Part shown: positions 17,761 to 26,792 of the stretch, piece by piece
Layout: each line of letters begins with the position of its first letter
Numbering within the stretch: position 1 is the stretch's first letter
Assembly (NCBI GenBank): GCA_950087855.1
Contig: CATNAD010000005.1
Span: 7,816-71,815, forward strand
DNA: 64,000 bases
Direction of reading: 5' to 3'
From: an uncultured Lachnospiraceae bacterium
GTDB lineage: Bacteria; Bacillota; Clostridia; Lachnospirales; Lachnospiraceae
Notes under the pieces: generated by a model
Told to the model about the DNA's origin: nothing
Database searches by the model: none
The model's input: the letters and a program-made list of their open reading frames with translations, nothing else
Made by a program: the position numbers and the translations under genes

Positions 17761-20202
17761 ATGTATTTATCGTTAAAACAACATGATTTATTTCGTACAT
17801 TGCTTATGGGGTTTGAGGTTCCTTTTCGATCATTTGTTTCTGAAATTATTTTAAATAGTTATGATACATATGAGAAATTTAGGAATACATTGATTGCAAA
17901 GAAAAATGTTTTATCGTCTTCTGATCCTATTTTTTTAAGAAACACATTACCGCAAGTTTGTTCAGATGCGAAATGTAAGAAATTATATGATAGCCTTATG
18001 ACAGCAAACAATAATAAGGGAGTAAATGTTATTGTTATAGATCAAGATGTTCCGATGGTTGGAGCATTGAATATCGTATCAATGGCTTTTTTAGAAGATT
18101 TCTCGGAATTATATCTTTTAGTTGGTGGTTATACAGCATATTGTACTTTAGCTGAAAAATATAGATATGCTAGAAATAAATTAGATCACCCTGGTTGCAA
18201 AACATTAGAAGATACAGATTTAATTCCGGTATTGTCATTTGTAAAAGATATTGTTACTTTTTTGGATATAGCATATTTTGGACAGAAAGGCAAGGAGGAA
18301 CTTTTAAAGGAAATAAATATTTTGCAAAATAAGAAACTTAGAATACCGATTTCTAAACATAATTTTTCAGAAATGCCTTATGGTGAATCAAAAATTGTAT
18401 GTAGACAAAATGAAATTGAATATTTAAAAAAATTTATCTGTGGGAATCCCGGAGATTTAAGAAAACAGCACTCTTGTTGTGTATATGGTTATGGTGGCGT
18501 AGGTAAAACAGCATTAGTTTTGGAAGTGGCTAAAGAAATAGTACAGGATCTATGGGACGAAGACTCATTAAATGAATATGAACCTCATTATATTTTGTTT
18601 TTTTCTGCAAAAAGAACCAAGCTAGATATTACGTCAGCTAGTGGAAAAATTATTGAACAGCGTATTCATAGGTATTTTGAAACAGCAGAGGATTTGATAA
18701 ATCTTATTCATAAAGCTTTAGAATTGGACGATTTTCGTGAATTTCATAAAGAGGGAATTATTATAGTTGATAATCTGGAATCTCTTGCAAAGAAAGAACG
18801 GAGTAAAATCAAATACTTCATTGAATCGCAGACACCAGCAGAAATGCAATTTTTAGTTACATCTCGTAATAGTGAAGAATATGAAATGAATTATAAATTA
18901 TCGGGATTTGAGAAAGAAACAGGCGTTAATTTTATTAATCAATATATTCTTGAAAATATTTTAGATCTTGAGTTAAATTCAACTGAAATTGGAGAATTAT
19001 TAACACTGGCAAAAGGTAATACATTAGTCTTGGTACTTTGCTTACGTAGATTAAGTCAACGTTTATCTAGTATTAGTGGACTGCGTTCAGAGTTTTCAAG
19101 TGTAAATGCATGGAAAAATATCCGAAATAGTTTAAAAAACTTTCCAGGAAATGCATATGAAGTTATAAGTGAATTTATGTTTAAAGATACATTTGAAGAA
19201 ATAGAAACAGTTTTTGTAGATGATGCACTATTGTTTTATAAAGTTCTTAAAATTTTTGCGGTTTATCGGGATGATAGTATTGACATAAACACTATTTGCT
19301 TATTGTCAAAAGAAGCTTATCCACGGGTTGAGGCGGTAACAGATACTCTTTGCAATTATCTTATTTTGGAAAAGAGTGGAGAACAATATAACCTTAATAG
19401 TTTTGCTGAAAAATATATTATAAATAGATTCATGCCAGATGCGGCTACTTTTAATGAATTATCAATAGAAATAAAACAGAGAGAGAATCAGGTAAGGAAA
19501 GCTTTAGAGGAGCTTGATTTTGATATAAGAAATCGCCCAGAGTTGGGAAAAATTTTAAGAGATTGGTGTATTTTATCAGATAGTGATAGGATTACAGCAG
19601 CAAATATGTATCGTTGGTATGGAGAAGCGAAGAGAGAATGTAATAAAGATAGTAGGTTTAGAGCACAGGCAGTAGTTGAAGATGTAATTAAAGCTAGTAA
19701 AGAAGCAGAAGAGATTACAGCACATCCTTATGTAAAATATCAAAAGGCTAGAATATTAAGGTTGATTGATAGTTCGAAAATTTTAAATGAAGCCCATACT
19801 AAAGAAATTGTAGAAGGATTTAGAAACGCTATATTTGTTATTAAAACGGTAGAGCAATATTCAATGATTCAAAATACAAAGTCATATGCCTCTCTATTGT
19901 GGTTATTTGGACAGTATTTGTCGGATATTGATCAAAAAGAAGAGTCTATTCGATATCTTGAAGAAGGGCGAATAGCTTTTGAAACTATGAAAATTGAAGA
20001 CAAAGAGTACTATCAATGTATCACAAAATTAGGAACTATATATTTGGACTATTTTGAAGAAGATAAAAAAAATCATAAAAAATATTTGGAGATGGCACGT
20101 GAAATTAACAACATATTACAAAAATCATTTAAAAAAATAGGAAAATCTAAAAATTTTGCGACTATATTAAAACAACGAATTCAAAATTATAAGAATTATT
20201 AA
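17761..20202 (+). CDS. HEPN (Swt1-like) - NB-ARC/STAND P-loop NTPase - helical/TPR-like repeat protein (NLR/Avs-like candidate defence protein)
   Basis: RNKLDH (R138-H143, an Rx4H HEPN motif). Walker A GYGGVGKT (243-250). IIIVDNLE is Walker-B-like, FLVTSRNSE RNBS-B-like and GNTLVLVL GLPL-like. The C-terminal ~330 aa are helical-repeat-like. The gene is visibly AT-rich relative to its neighbours. Confidence 0.75.
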   Translation: MYLSLKQHDLFRTLLMGFEVPFRSFVSEIILNSYDTYEKFRNTLIAKKNVLSSSDPIFLRNTLPQVCSDAKCKKLYDSLMTANNNKGVNVIVIDQDVPMVGALNIVSMAFLEDFSELYLLVGGYTAYCTLAEKYRYARNKLDHPGCKTLEDTDLIPVLSFVKDIVTFLDIAYFGQKGKEELLKEINILQNKKLRIPISKHNFSEMPYGESKIVCRQNEIEYLKKFICGNPGDLRKQHSCCVYGYGGVGKTALVLEVAKEIVQDLWDEDSLNEYEPHYILFFSAKRTKLDITSASGKIIEQRIHRYFETAEDLINLIHKALELDDFREFHKEGIIIVDNLESLAKKERSKIKYFIESQTPAEMQFLVTSRNSEEYEMNYKLSGFEKETGVNFINQYILENILDLELNSTEIGELLTLAKGNTLVLVLCLRRLSQRLSSISGLRSEFSSVNAWKNIRNSLKNFPGNAYEVISEFMFKDTFEEIETVFVDDALLFYKVLKIFAVYRDDSIDINTICLLSKEAYPRVEAVTDTLCNYLILEKSGEQYNLNSFAEKYIINRFMPDAATFNELSIEIKQRENQVRKALEELDFDIRNRPELGKILRDWCILSDSDRITAANMYRWYGEAKRECNKDSRFRAQAVVEDVIKASKEAEEITAHPYVKYQKARILRLIDSSKILNEAHTKEIVEGFRNAIFVIKTVEQYSMIQNTKSYASLLWLFGQYLSDIDQKEESIRYLEEGRIAFETMKIEDKEYYQCITKLGTIYLDYFEEDKKNHKKYLEMAREINNILQKSFKKIGKSKNFATILKQRIQNYKNY

Positions 20203-20332
20203 AAACATTTTATATTTTATATGGAGGTTAAAATTACCAATATAAAAAATCGTAATTAAATTAACAACGTACTCCCCGGCATTTGTATCTTTTGCAAAAG
20301 CCGGGAATTTTTTTGTTTGGGAAGGAGAAGGA

Positions 20333-20947
20333 ATGTATTTTTACGAAGAGGTTTCCCTCCGCACCCTGGAACGGACCATGCAGGAGGTCCCGGATTTTCT
20401 GCCCAGGGGACAGGGTATCCGGATTTTGTGCCAGACGGAATGCATGGTCAGGGAGTGTGGCAGTATGGACCGGAAGGAACTGGTAATGGAGGTTATGTCG
20501 AACATTCGGTACCCGCCGCTTTTTGAACGGCTGGGCCGGTACCTGGGAGAGGACGGGAGGAAGCTGATGGATTTTAAACATGAAAAGCACCGCATGACTT
20601 TTGAAAGGGCGGTGGAAAAGAAGAACCAGAAAAATGCTGCTTTGATGTCCGCCTTGTATCTGTTGACGGCCGATCACCGGCTGTGGCGGGCGGCGGAGGG
20701 GGCTGTTCGGAGGAACCGGGTCTGTTTTGAACAGATTCGCTTAAAAGGCAGTACGGAAGAGGGCTATGCCCTCTACTGTGCGGCCAAAGATTTATACCTA
20801 GGGACAAAAAACCTCACGGTACGGGATCTTGCCGACCCGGAGGTGATTACGCCAAAGCTGTTTGGGCTGATCTGTAACGGGATGGCAGTCCGCCGGTTTG
20901 GCGTGGAGGCTATCCGTTCTCATGAGGGAAGGAGGAATGAGAATTGA
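20333..20947 (+). CDS. Conserved hypothetical ICE protein
   Basis: 204-aa ORF with a GGAGAAGGA RBS. Its stop overlaps the start of the next gene. No motif recognised with confidence. Confidence 0.55.
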   Translation: MYFYEEVSLRTLERTMQEVPDFLPRGQGIRILCQTECMVRECGSMDRKELVMEVMSNIRYPPLFERLGRYLGEDGRKLMDFKHEKHRMTFERAVEKKNQKNAALMSALYLLTADHRLWRAAEGAVRRNRVCFEQIRLKGSTEEGYALYCAAKDLYLGTKNLTVRDLADPEVITPKLFGLICNGMAVRRFGVEAIRSHEGRRNEN

Positions 20948-22104
20948 TTTATGTAAAAATCTCCAACAGGGGAAAAGAGGACCGTATCCGGTTTCCCTGT
21001 ACAGAGGGAGAACTGTCCCGGAAGTTGGAAGAGATCGGCGCATACGGGGGACAGGAGGCTCCTCATTTTTATATTGAGAAGGGAATCGTTCCCAAAGAGC
21101 TTGCTGTTTTGGAAGGGCTGTATGCAGACCTGGATGCGTTAAACTATCTGGCAAAACGGCTGGATGGGATGGAAGAGGTGGAACGGGAACAGTTTTTTGC
21201 AGCCATGGAGACGGGGCCGGAATGGGACCTGAAAGGATTAATCAACCTGACCTTTAATCTCTCCCGTTATACGGTTATCAGGCGCCTGGACAACCTGGCG
21301 GAGGTCGGCAGGACCCATCTTTTGACGCTCTATGGCGGACTGGCACAGGGAGAACTTCTGAATGAAGAACGGCTGACAAAAATCGGGAGGGAACTGCTCT
21401 CCTCCGGTCAGGGGAGGGTGACCAGCCACGGACTCGCCTTTTTTAACAAGGAAATACCCTTCTGGGAGGCTTATGATGGGAGGACGTTTCCAGCCTATGA
21501 CTATGTGGGGGATGCCTTGCTCCACGTGACTGCCTGTTATCAGGGAAAGAGTGAGACTGTATACCTTCCGGAGGAAGATCTGGCGCTCAAAAAATCCCTT
21601 GTCAGGATTGGTGCGGAATCCTTCTCTGACTGTGCAGTGTATTTGGAGGGGGGAACTCTTAACCGCAAGGACTGGATATATCGTATATGGGACATGATTC
21701 AGTCGGAAGGGCTTTATGAGGTGAATGGGCTGCTTGGCCTGCTCCGGGATTTTTCGGAAGAGGAATGGGACAAGTTAAAGGTACTCATCGAGTATGCCGG
21801 GATGGAGGATTGTGCAGGCATTGCAAAGCTGGCGGAATGCATGGAGCAGTTTACCTTTATCCGGGGAGTCTGTACGGTCAAAGAGGTCGGACAGTTTCTG
21901 GTCCGGCAGGGAGGGGCGTGGGAGGCAGATCCGGCGCTGGAGCCGTTTTTGGATCTGGAGCGGTTTGGGACCTATGTGGCGGAAGAGAGGCATGGGAGGT
22001 TTGTGTCCGAAGGGTTTGTGTATTACAGCGGCCCGGAGGCTGTGGAGGAAGTCCTTGGCTGGCTGAAAAGCGGGGATGGGCTGACGCTATCCGAAGGGAT
22101 GTGA
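20944..22104 (+). CDS. Hypothetical ICE protein (possible ArdA-like antirestriction-type N-terminal region)
   Basis: 386 aa with a TTG start overlapping the upstream stop. ADLDALNYLAKRLDGMEEVEREQFFAAME is reminiscent of ArdA-type proteins, but this is a weak call. Confidence 0.5.
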   Translation: MIYVKISNRGKEDRIRFPCTEGELSRKLEEIGAYGGQEAPHFYIEKGIVPKELAVLEGLYADLDALNYLAKRLDGMEEVEREQFFAAMETGPEWDLKGLINLTFNLSRYTVIRRLDNLAEVGRTHLLTLYGGLAQGELLNEERLTKIGRELLSSGQGRVTSHGLAFFNKEIPFWEAYDGRTFPAYDYVGDALLHVTACYQGKSETVYLPEEDLALKKSLVRIGAESFSDCAVYLEGGTLNRKDWIYRIWDMIQSEGLYEVNGLLGLLRDFSEEEWDKLKVLIEYAGMEDCAGIAKLAECMEQFTFIRGVCTVKEVGQFLVRQGGAWEADPALEPFLDLERFGTYVAEERHGRFVSEGFVYYSGPEAVEEVLGWLKSGDGLTLSEGM

Positions 22105-22107
22105 ACA

Positions 22108-22713
22108 ATGAATATAGGAGAAACATATCCGCTGCTGATCGGACATTCGCCTGGGGGACTCAAACTCCTGAACGATATCCGGGAGGTTGCGGATTTCATT
22201 TGCCAGTATGGGCAGTATGGTGATCTGGTCATCACAAAGGAAGATGGGACATGGTTTCTCAACACCTTTGGCATTTATATTGACCGGATTGCCGATATGG
22301 CCTATCGGGAAGCGTTGCTTAAGGTGCTGGTTCCCATGCAGATGGAACTGGATGGGACCAATGCCATTGACGGGCCGGATGAAACGGAGCCGGGACAGGA
22401 GAGGGAGGAAGAGTGTATGAATGAATGGGAACGTCTGCACAGACAGGCTGAGCGGTACCGGAAGGAGTATCCGCCCGGCACGAGGATTCTGCTTTCTCAT
22501 ATGGGAGATGATCCATGGCCGGTGAAGGAGAACATAAAGGGGACGGTACGGGCCGTTGACGATATCGGCACGCTGCACTGTTCTTTTGATGACGGCCGGT
22601 CGCTGGGGCTGATTCCCGGTGAGGATCGTTTCCGGAAGCTGACGGAAGCGGAAATGGCAGAAGAACACAGGGAAAGCATGGATGGGGAAGGAGCTCCTGT
22701 TCTTGGAATGTAG
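22108..22713 (+). CDS. Hypothetical ICE protein with DUF4314-like C-terminal domain
   Basis: The C-terminal segment GTRILLSHMGDDPWPVKENIKGTVRAVDDIGTLHCSFDDGRSLGLIPGEDRF matches my recollection of the DUF4314 pattern common in clostridial conjugative elements. Confidence 0.55.
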   Translation: MNIGETYPLLIGHSPGGLKLLNDIREVADFICQYGQYGDLVITKEDGTWFLNTFGIYIDRIADMAYREALLKVLVPMQMELDGTNAIDGPDETEPGQEREEECMNEWERLHRQAERYRKEYPPGTRILLSHMGDDPWPVKENIKGTVRAVDDIGTLHCSFDDGRSLGLIPGEDRFRKLTEAEMAEEHRESMDGEGAPVLGM

Positions 22714-22724
22714 GAGGAAACCGG

Positions 22725-22889
22725 ATGGAGATCACAGTGGAAATCGAAGAACCGTTATGGGGATTGCTTCTGCTCCAGGCGGCAGAGGAAGAGCTTCCGG
22801 TGGAAGAGATTGTGGAACGTGCAGTCAGGAATTATGGGAAAGGGGATGAGAACATTGCCCGCAGATGGAAAGAAAGGAATCACGGTTAA
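22725..22889 (+). CDS. Possible small ORF (54 aa), hypothetical
   Basis: ATG preceded by a strong TAGGAGGAAA RBS. It overlaps the start of the next ORF and is below the ORF-track cutoff. Confidence 0.3.
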   Translation: MEITVEIEEPLWGLLLLQAAEEELPVEEIVERAVRNYGKGDENIARRWKERNHG

Positions 22890-23517
22890 AGTAGATGAAT
22901 CGCTCCACGCAGAAGTGCGGCAGGCGCTGGAAAGTCAGGGTATGACGATGTCGGAGTTTGTGTCATTGGCTTTAAAGGAGTGGCTTCATCCGAACATGCA
23001 AAGGAAGGGGGAAACAACGATGGGAAACATGAGGACGCTGGCCTTTCAGGTGCCGGAAGATTTATTCTGGAAAATCAAGGATTATCTGCAGAGAAACAAA
23101 ATGACGCAGAAAGACTTCGTAATCGGGTTGATTGAGGCGGAGCTGGAACGGGATCTGGCAGAACGGGAGGGATTGGAAGAGGCGCCGGGGATTCCGGAGG
23201 AAATGGTATCTGAGGAGGCAGAGACTGTGTCAGAAGAGTCCGAAGGTGTCTGGGAAGATCCGGAGGAGCCTGCTCTGGAAGAAGCTGTGTCGGAGGAACC
23301 TGGAGATGTTTCGGAAGAGTCCGGAGATGTCTCGGAAGGTCTGGAGGAGCCTGTTCTGGAAGAAACGCCGGAGATTTCGGAGGAAACAGTATCTGAGGAA
23401 GAAGAGACTGTGCCGGAAGAGTCCGGAGATGTCTCGGAAGGTCCGAGGGAGTCTGTTTCGGAAGAGGAGGAGATGGAAGATGAAGAGGAAGGCATGGGGC
23501 TTTCCATGGGAATGTGA
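22846..23517 (+). CDS. Tandem ribbon-helix-helix-like protein with acidic repetitive tail
   Basis: Two CopG/RHH-like units (ITVKVDESLHAEVRQALESQGMTMSEFVSLALKEWL and LAFQVPEDLFWKIKDYLQRNKMTQKDFVIGLIEAELE), then an E/S/V-rich tail built from repeated DNA. Confidence 0.55.
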   Translation: MRTLPADGKKGITVKVDESLHAEVRQALESQGMTMSEFVSLALKEWLHPNMQRKGETTMGNMRTLAFQVPEDLFWKIKDYLQRNKMTQKDFVIGLIEAELERDLAEREGLEEAPGIPEEMVSEEAETVSEESEGVWEDPEEPALEEAVSEEPGDVSEESGDVSEGLEEPVLEETPEISEETVSEEEETVPEESGDVSEGPRESVSEEEEMEDEEEGMGLSMGM

Positions 23518-23936
23518 GGGGGAATGGAACGTATGCAGACGAGAGGTGGGAATTGGAGAAAGTAAAACGAATCGAGGCGGAGGCGCTTCGCCAGATGGAG
23601 GGAAAGGAAGGGCTTATCCTGCAAGGCTGCGGGGGTAATCTCAGTGAGTGGGTGGAGGGAATCAACGACCTGCTGAGAGAAGAGGGGATTCTGTTAGAAA
23701 GCACGGAATTCTCAGAGAACGACTGCCTGGCTTTTGTGAATGACGGGCTTACCTGCCTGCTGTTTCCGTTTTCAGGGAAGGTGAAGCTTGATATGGGAAG
23801 GCTCGCCGTCTGGCGGATCGTGACCTATGAAGGGTTCGGCGGTACCTGGCTTTCCGATTATGTGGAGAACCGGCTGAGCGTATCTGTGGGTGGGGAACCG
23901 GCTTCCGAAGAAAAGGGGATGGACATGCAGCCATGA
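23514..23936 (+). CDS. Hypothetical ICE protein (DUF4313-like)
   Basis: 140-aa ORF translationally coupled on both sides. GLILQGCGGNLSEWVEGINDLL and VWRIVTYEGFGGTWLSDYVENRL recall the DUF4313 pattern (recollection only). Confidence 0.5.
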   Translation: MRGNGTYADERWELEKVKRIEAEALRQMEGKEGLILQGCGGNLSEWVEGINDLLREEGILLESTEFSENDCLAFVNDGLTCLLFPFSGKVKLDMGRLAVWRIVTYEGFGGTWLSDYVENRLSVSVGGEPASEEKGMDMQP

Positions 23937-23962
23937 GCTGCGGAAAGGAGGAAAAATTTCCA

Positions 23963-24958
23963 ATGAAAAGTCCGGTATCCAGAGTGGGAAATAAAACAGC
24001 CCTTCTCCCCGTCCTCTATGCATTGTTTCCGGTAACCTACGGCCGGTTTATCGATGTGTTCGGAGGCTCCGGAAGCGTGCTTCTTGGAAACCGGGAAACC
24101 TGTGCTTTTGAGGTGTACAATGACTATGACCGGAACCTGGCCAACCTGTTCCGCTGCATGAAGGAGCGGACGATGGCGACTATCCGGGAGATTGGCTTCT
24201 GCCATTTGAACTCCAGGGAGGATTTTCAGGCCATCCGGCGGTTTTTCGAGAATGAGCAGTTTGACGAACGGTACCTGTCAGAAGAACTGAAGCTGACGGA
24301 GATCCTTTTCCCGCCGCCGGAGGCAAAGGAGTTACAGGAGATCCGGACCCGGATCACAGAGGATTATGACGTGCGCCGTGCGGCCATGTTTTTAAAGCTT
24401 CTCCGTTACAGCTATTCCAGCGGCGGGAGATCCTACGCCTGCCAGCCCTTTGACATCCGGAAGCTGTTCGGCCTGATCTTCGGACTTCAGGACCGACTGG
24501 CGAACGTGGTGGTGGAAAATCAGGATTTCGAGGCCCTGATCCGGCATTATGACCGTCCCGATGCGTTTTTTTACGCCGACCCTCCTTACTTTTCCACGGA
24601 GGACATGTATGTGGCACAGTTTGGACGGGAGGATCATGGGAGGCTTAAGGACACCCTGGCAGGAATCCGGGGGAGGTTTCTGCTTTCCTACAACGACTGC
24701 CCGGAGATCCGGATACTTTACAGGGATTTTCCGCTGTTTGATTTTTCCCGCCCCCATTCCATGGCGCAGCGGTATGAGGCGGGGAAGGAGTTTAAAGAGC
24801 TGCTGATCGGCAACTATGACCTGTATGAGCGGGAGAAGGCAAAACCTTCCCAGTTGACATTGTTTGACTTTTGTGGGGAAGACGGCGGAGGGAGAGCGGA
24901 GGAAGCGTATGAAAAAATCTTAAAAGAGAGGATTGTGCAGTGCAGGATAAAAAGATAA
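23963..24958 (+). CDS. D12-class N6-adenine DNA methyltransferase (Dam-like), orphan
   Basis: FxGxG AdoMet motif DVFGGSGSV and catalytic motif YADPPYF. AGGAGG RBS before the ATG at 23963. No restriction endonuclease gene adjacent. Confidence 0.85.
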   Translation: MKSPVSRVGNKTALLPVLYALFPVTYGRFIDVFGGSGSVLLGNRETCAFEVYNDYDRNLANLFRCMKERTMATIREIGFCHLNSREDFQAIRRFFENEQFDERYLSEELKLTEILFPPPEAKELQEIRTRITEDYDVRRAAMFLKLLRYSYSSGGRSYACQPFDIRKLFGLIFGLQDRLANVVVENQDFEALIRHYDRPDAFFYADPPYFSTEDMYVAQFGREDHGRLKDTLAGIRGRFLLSYNDCPEIRILYRDFPLFDFSRPHSMAQRYEAGKEFKELLIGNYDLYEREKAKPSQLTLFDFCGEDGGGRAEEAYEKILKERIVQCRIKR

Positions 24959-24978
24959 AGCAGGCGGGGGTGGGATAG

Positions 24979-25320
24979 ATGGCAAAGATGTTCCGTGTCC
25001 TTGGCAAGATGGGGCGGATCACTATCCCTTATGAGATTCGCAAACGGGTGGGTTTTGCCCGAAACGATGTGCTGTCCTTCACGGAAGCAGAGGACGGGCG
25101 GACGGTGGTGGTGAGGCGGGAGAAGCTTTGCGACGGCTGTCCGGAGGTGGAAGAGGAAGGCTCTATGGATGCGGTGACGCTTCAGGATTTCTTAGACGGC
25201 CTTACGGAGAAGGAGCAGAGGGCCGCCCTCCTTCATCTCTCTGTCCGGTGGGCAGAGCGGCAGGAGGCCAGGCAGGAGCCGGGAAGAATGGGAATGCCTG
25301 CCGGAGACAGGTGTTTGTAA
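24979..25320 (+). CDS. AbrB/SpoVT-family DNA-binding protein
   Basis: MAKMFRVLGKMGRITIPYEIRKRVGFARNDVLSF is an AbrB-type swapped-hairpin N-terminal domain. Confidence 0.7.
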   Translation: MAKMFRVLGKMGRITIPYEIRKRVGFARNDVLSFTEAEDGRTVVVRREKLCDGCPEVEEEGSMDAVTLQDFLDGLTEKEQRAALLHLSVRWAERQEARQEPGRMGMPAGDRCL

Positions 25321-25342
25321 GCAGAGAAAGGAAAAAATAAAT

Positions 25343-25720
25343 ATGTCTGAAAAGAGACCAGTAAAAAAACAGGCGGAGAAGAAGGAGACGGCCCCTCTGC
25401 CTTCCATGGCGGTGCGGATTGACCGCCTGGTGAATCTGGAGGGGAGCCGTGTCCGGGCTGCGGCCAGTGTGAACCTTGCCGGGGCCTTTGCCATTCACGG
25501 ACTCAAGGTGGTCGATTCGGAAAAGGGACTGTTTGTTTCCATGCCCCAGAACCGGTATGAAAAAGAGGGAAGGACCCAGTACAGCGATATCTGCCATCCC
25601 ATTACCGCACAAGCGAGGGCGGCGCTCTCTGAGGCGGTTCTTGCCGCTTACGAGCAGAGATTGGAGGAAGAGGAAGGGGCGGATTTTTCCGAGCTGACGA
25701 ACGCCTGGCAGACGATGTGA
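25343..25720 (+). CDS. SpoVG-family protein
   Basis: VRIDRLVNLEGSRVRAAASVNLAGAFAIHGLKVVDSEKGLFVSMPQNRY...DICHPITAQARAAL closely parallels the SpoVG consensus. Confidence 0.8.
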   Translation: MSEKRPVKKQAEKKETAPLPSMAVRIDRLVNLEGSRVRAAASVNLAGAFAIHGLKVVDSEKGLFVSMPQNRYEKEGRTQYSDICHPITAQARAALSEAVLAAYEQRLEEEEGADFSELTNAWQTM

Positions 25721-25804
25721 GTTTTTTTCAGAAAGTTCCCATTCTCTCTGGACTTTTCCGGAAGTACCGGTATCCTTGTGGTAAACGAAAGGAGAGATGG
25801 TCTT

Positions 25805-26668
25805 ATGAAAACGAAAGAGGCAGTTGCCACAGCCCTTGTCAGTATGCTTTTCCTTGCACCTGTCGGGTGCGGGGGCCGCCAGAAGGGGACAGACGGAGGA
25901 ACCCTGACGGTGCGGGAGACGGCAGTGGGCGAGAGATTCCCGGACAGTCGGGAACGCACTGTGGCTTCTCCAGAACGTATGCGGCCAGAGAAGGATGCCG
26001 AGGCCCCGGAAACGGATTCCCGGTCGGAAACAAAAGCAGTTCCGGAAATAGAGGAGAGTTTGACGGCAGAAAAAAGAGATACCGGACATTCTTCTGATGG
26101 GCGGGCAGGATCAGAGGGCAGTACAGCGGAAAAGGGGAGGGAGAAGCAGCTTTGGGCGCCGGAGCCGGCAGAAACAAAACATTCCCCGGAGGTGTTCGGA
26201 AAGACGGGGACATCGGCAGCCGGACCGGCAGGGCCTGTGGAACAAGAAGTGCCGGTTTCCGGGTCCTCTGCGGAGACGGAGCCGCCTGCCACAGAGCCGC
26301 CTGTCCCGACTGAGCCTCCTGCTCCTGTGCCAGAGGAGACAGAGCCGCCAAAGCCGAAGTCCATCTACGATCAGGACTTTGACATCGGGGCGATCCGCCA
26401 GGAATTAATCTCCATCGGTGAAGGGCTGGGACTTACCCATGTCACGGAGGATGACGGGATTCCCTGTACGCCGGATACCTGCTCCTGGGCCTCGCCGGTT
26501 ACAGCCTCGGCTTCCTTCCAGGGAGAGCGGCTCAAACAGGCCCTGCACGGCTATGTAACCTCCATGCCGTCCATGGTCGCCTCCTATGGAGGCCCGCAGA
26601 TTTCCTGCTTTACCATCTATGTGCGGGACAACGGAGGCGGAAGCTACACATTTTATTTTCTATATTGA
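25805..26668 (+). CDS. Putative lipoprotein, Pro/Glu/Thr-rich linker plus C-terminal globular domain
   Basis: The signal peptide MKTKEAVATALVSMLFLAPVGC has a lipobox-like VGC. AGGAGA RBS before the ATG at 25805. Confidence 0.6.
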   Translation: MKTKEAVATALVSMLFLAPVGCGGRQKGTDGGTLTVRETAVGERFPDSRERTVASPERMRPEKDAEAPETDSRSETKAVPEIEESLTAEKRDTGHSSDGRAGSEGSTAEKGREKQLWAPEPAETKHSPEVFGKTGTSAAGPAGPVEQEVPVSGSSAETEPPATEPPVPTEPPAPVPEETEPPKPKSIYDQDFDIGAIRQELISIGEGLGLTHVTEDDGIPCTPDTCSWASPVTASASFQGERLKQALHGYVTSMPSMVASYGGPQISCFTIYVRDNGGGSYTFYFLY

Positions 26669-26792
26669 CAACGAATGGAACACCCGGACAAAGGCTCCCT
26701 GCAGACTGCAGGGAGTTTTGCCGTATAGGAAGCTTCGTCCCTATCCGGCAGAAGCTTTCCGGGACTTTATTTCAGAGAAAGGTTTGATCCAG

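Noticed and set aside
23075-23704. Minus-strand and alternative plus-frame ORFs over the acidic repeat tail (23075-23704, 23082-23624, 23132-23638).
   Set aside because: They are frame shadows of repetitive GAA/GAG-rich DNA. Only the annotated frame connects to the RHH domains.
25202-26364. Minus-strand ORFs 25202-26089 and 25648-26364 and plus-frame ORFs over the lipoprotein gene.
   Set aside because: They overlap the SpoVG and lipoprotein genes, which have a strong family match or a signal peptide, and their composition is Pro/Ser/Gly-rich. They are typical high-GC frame shadows.
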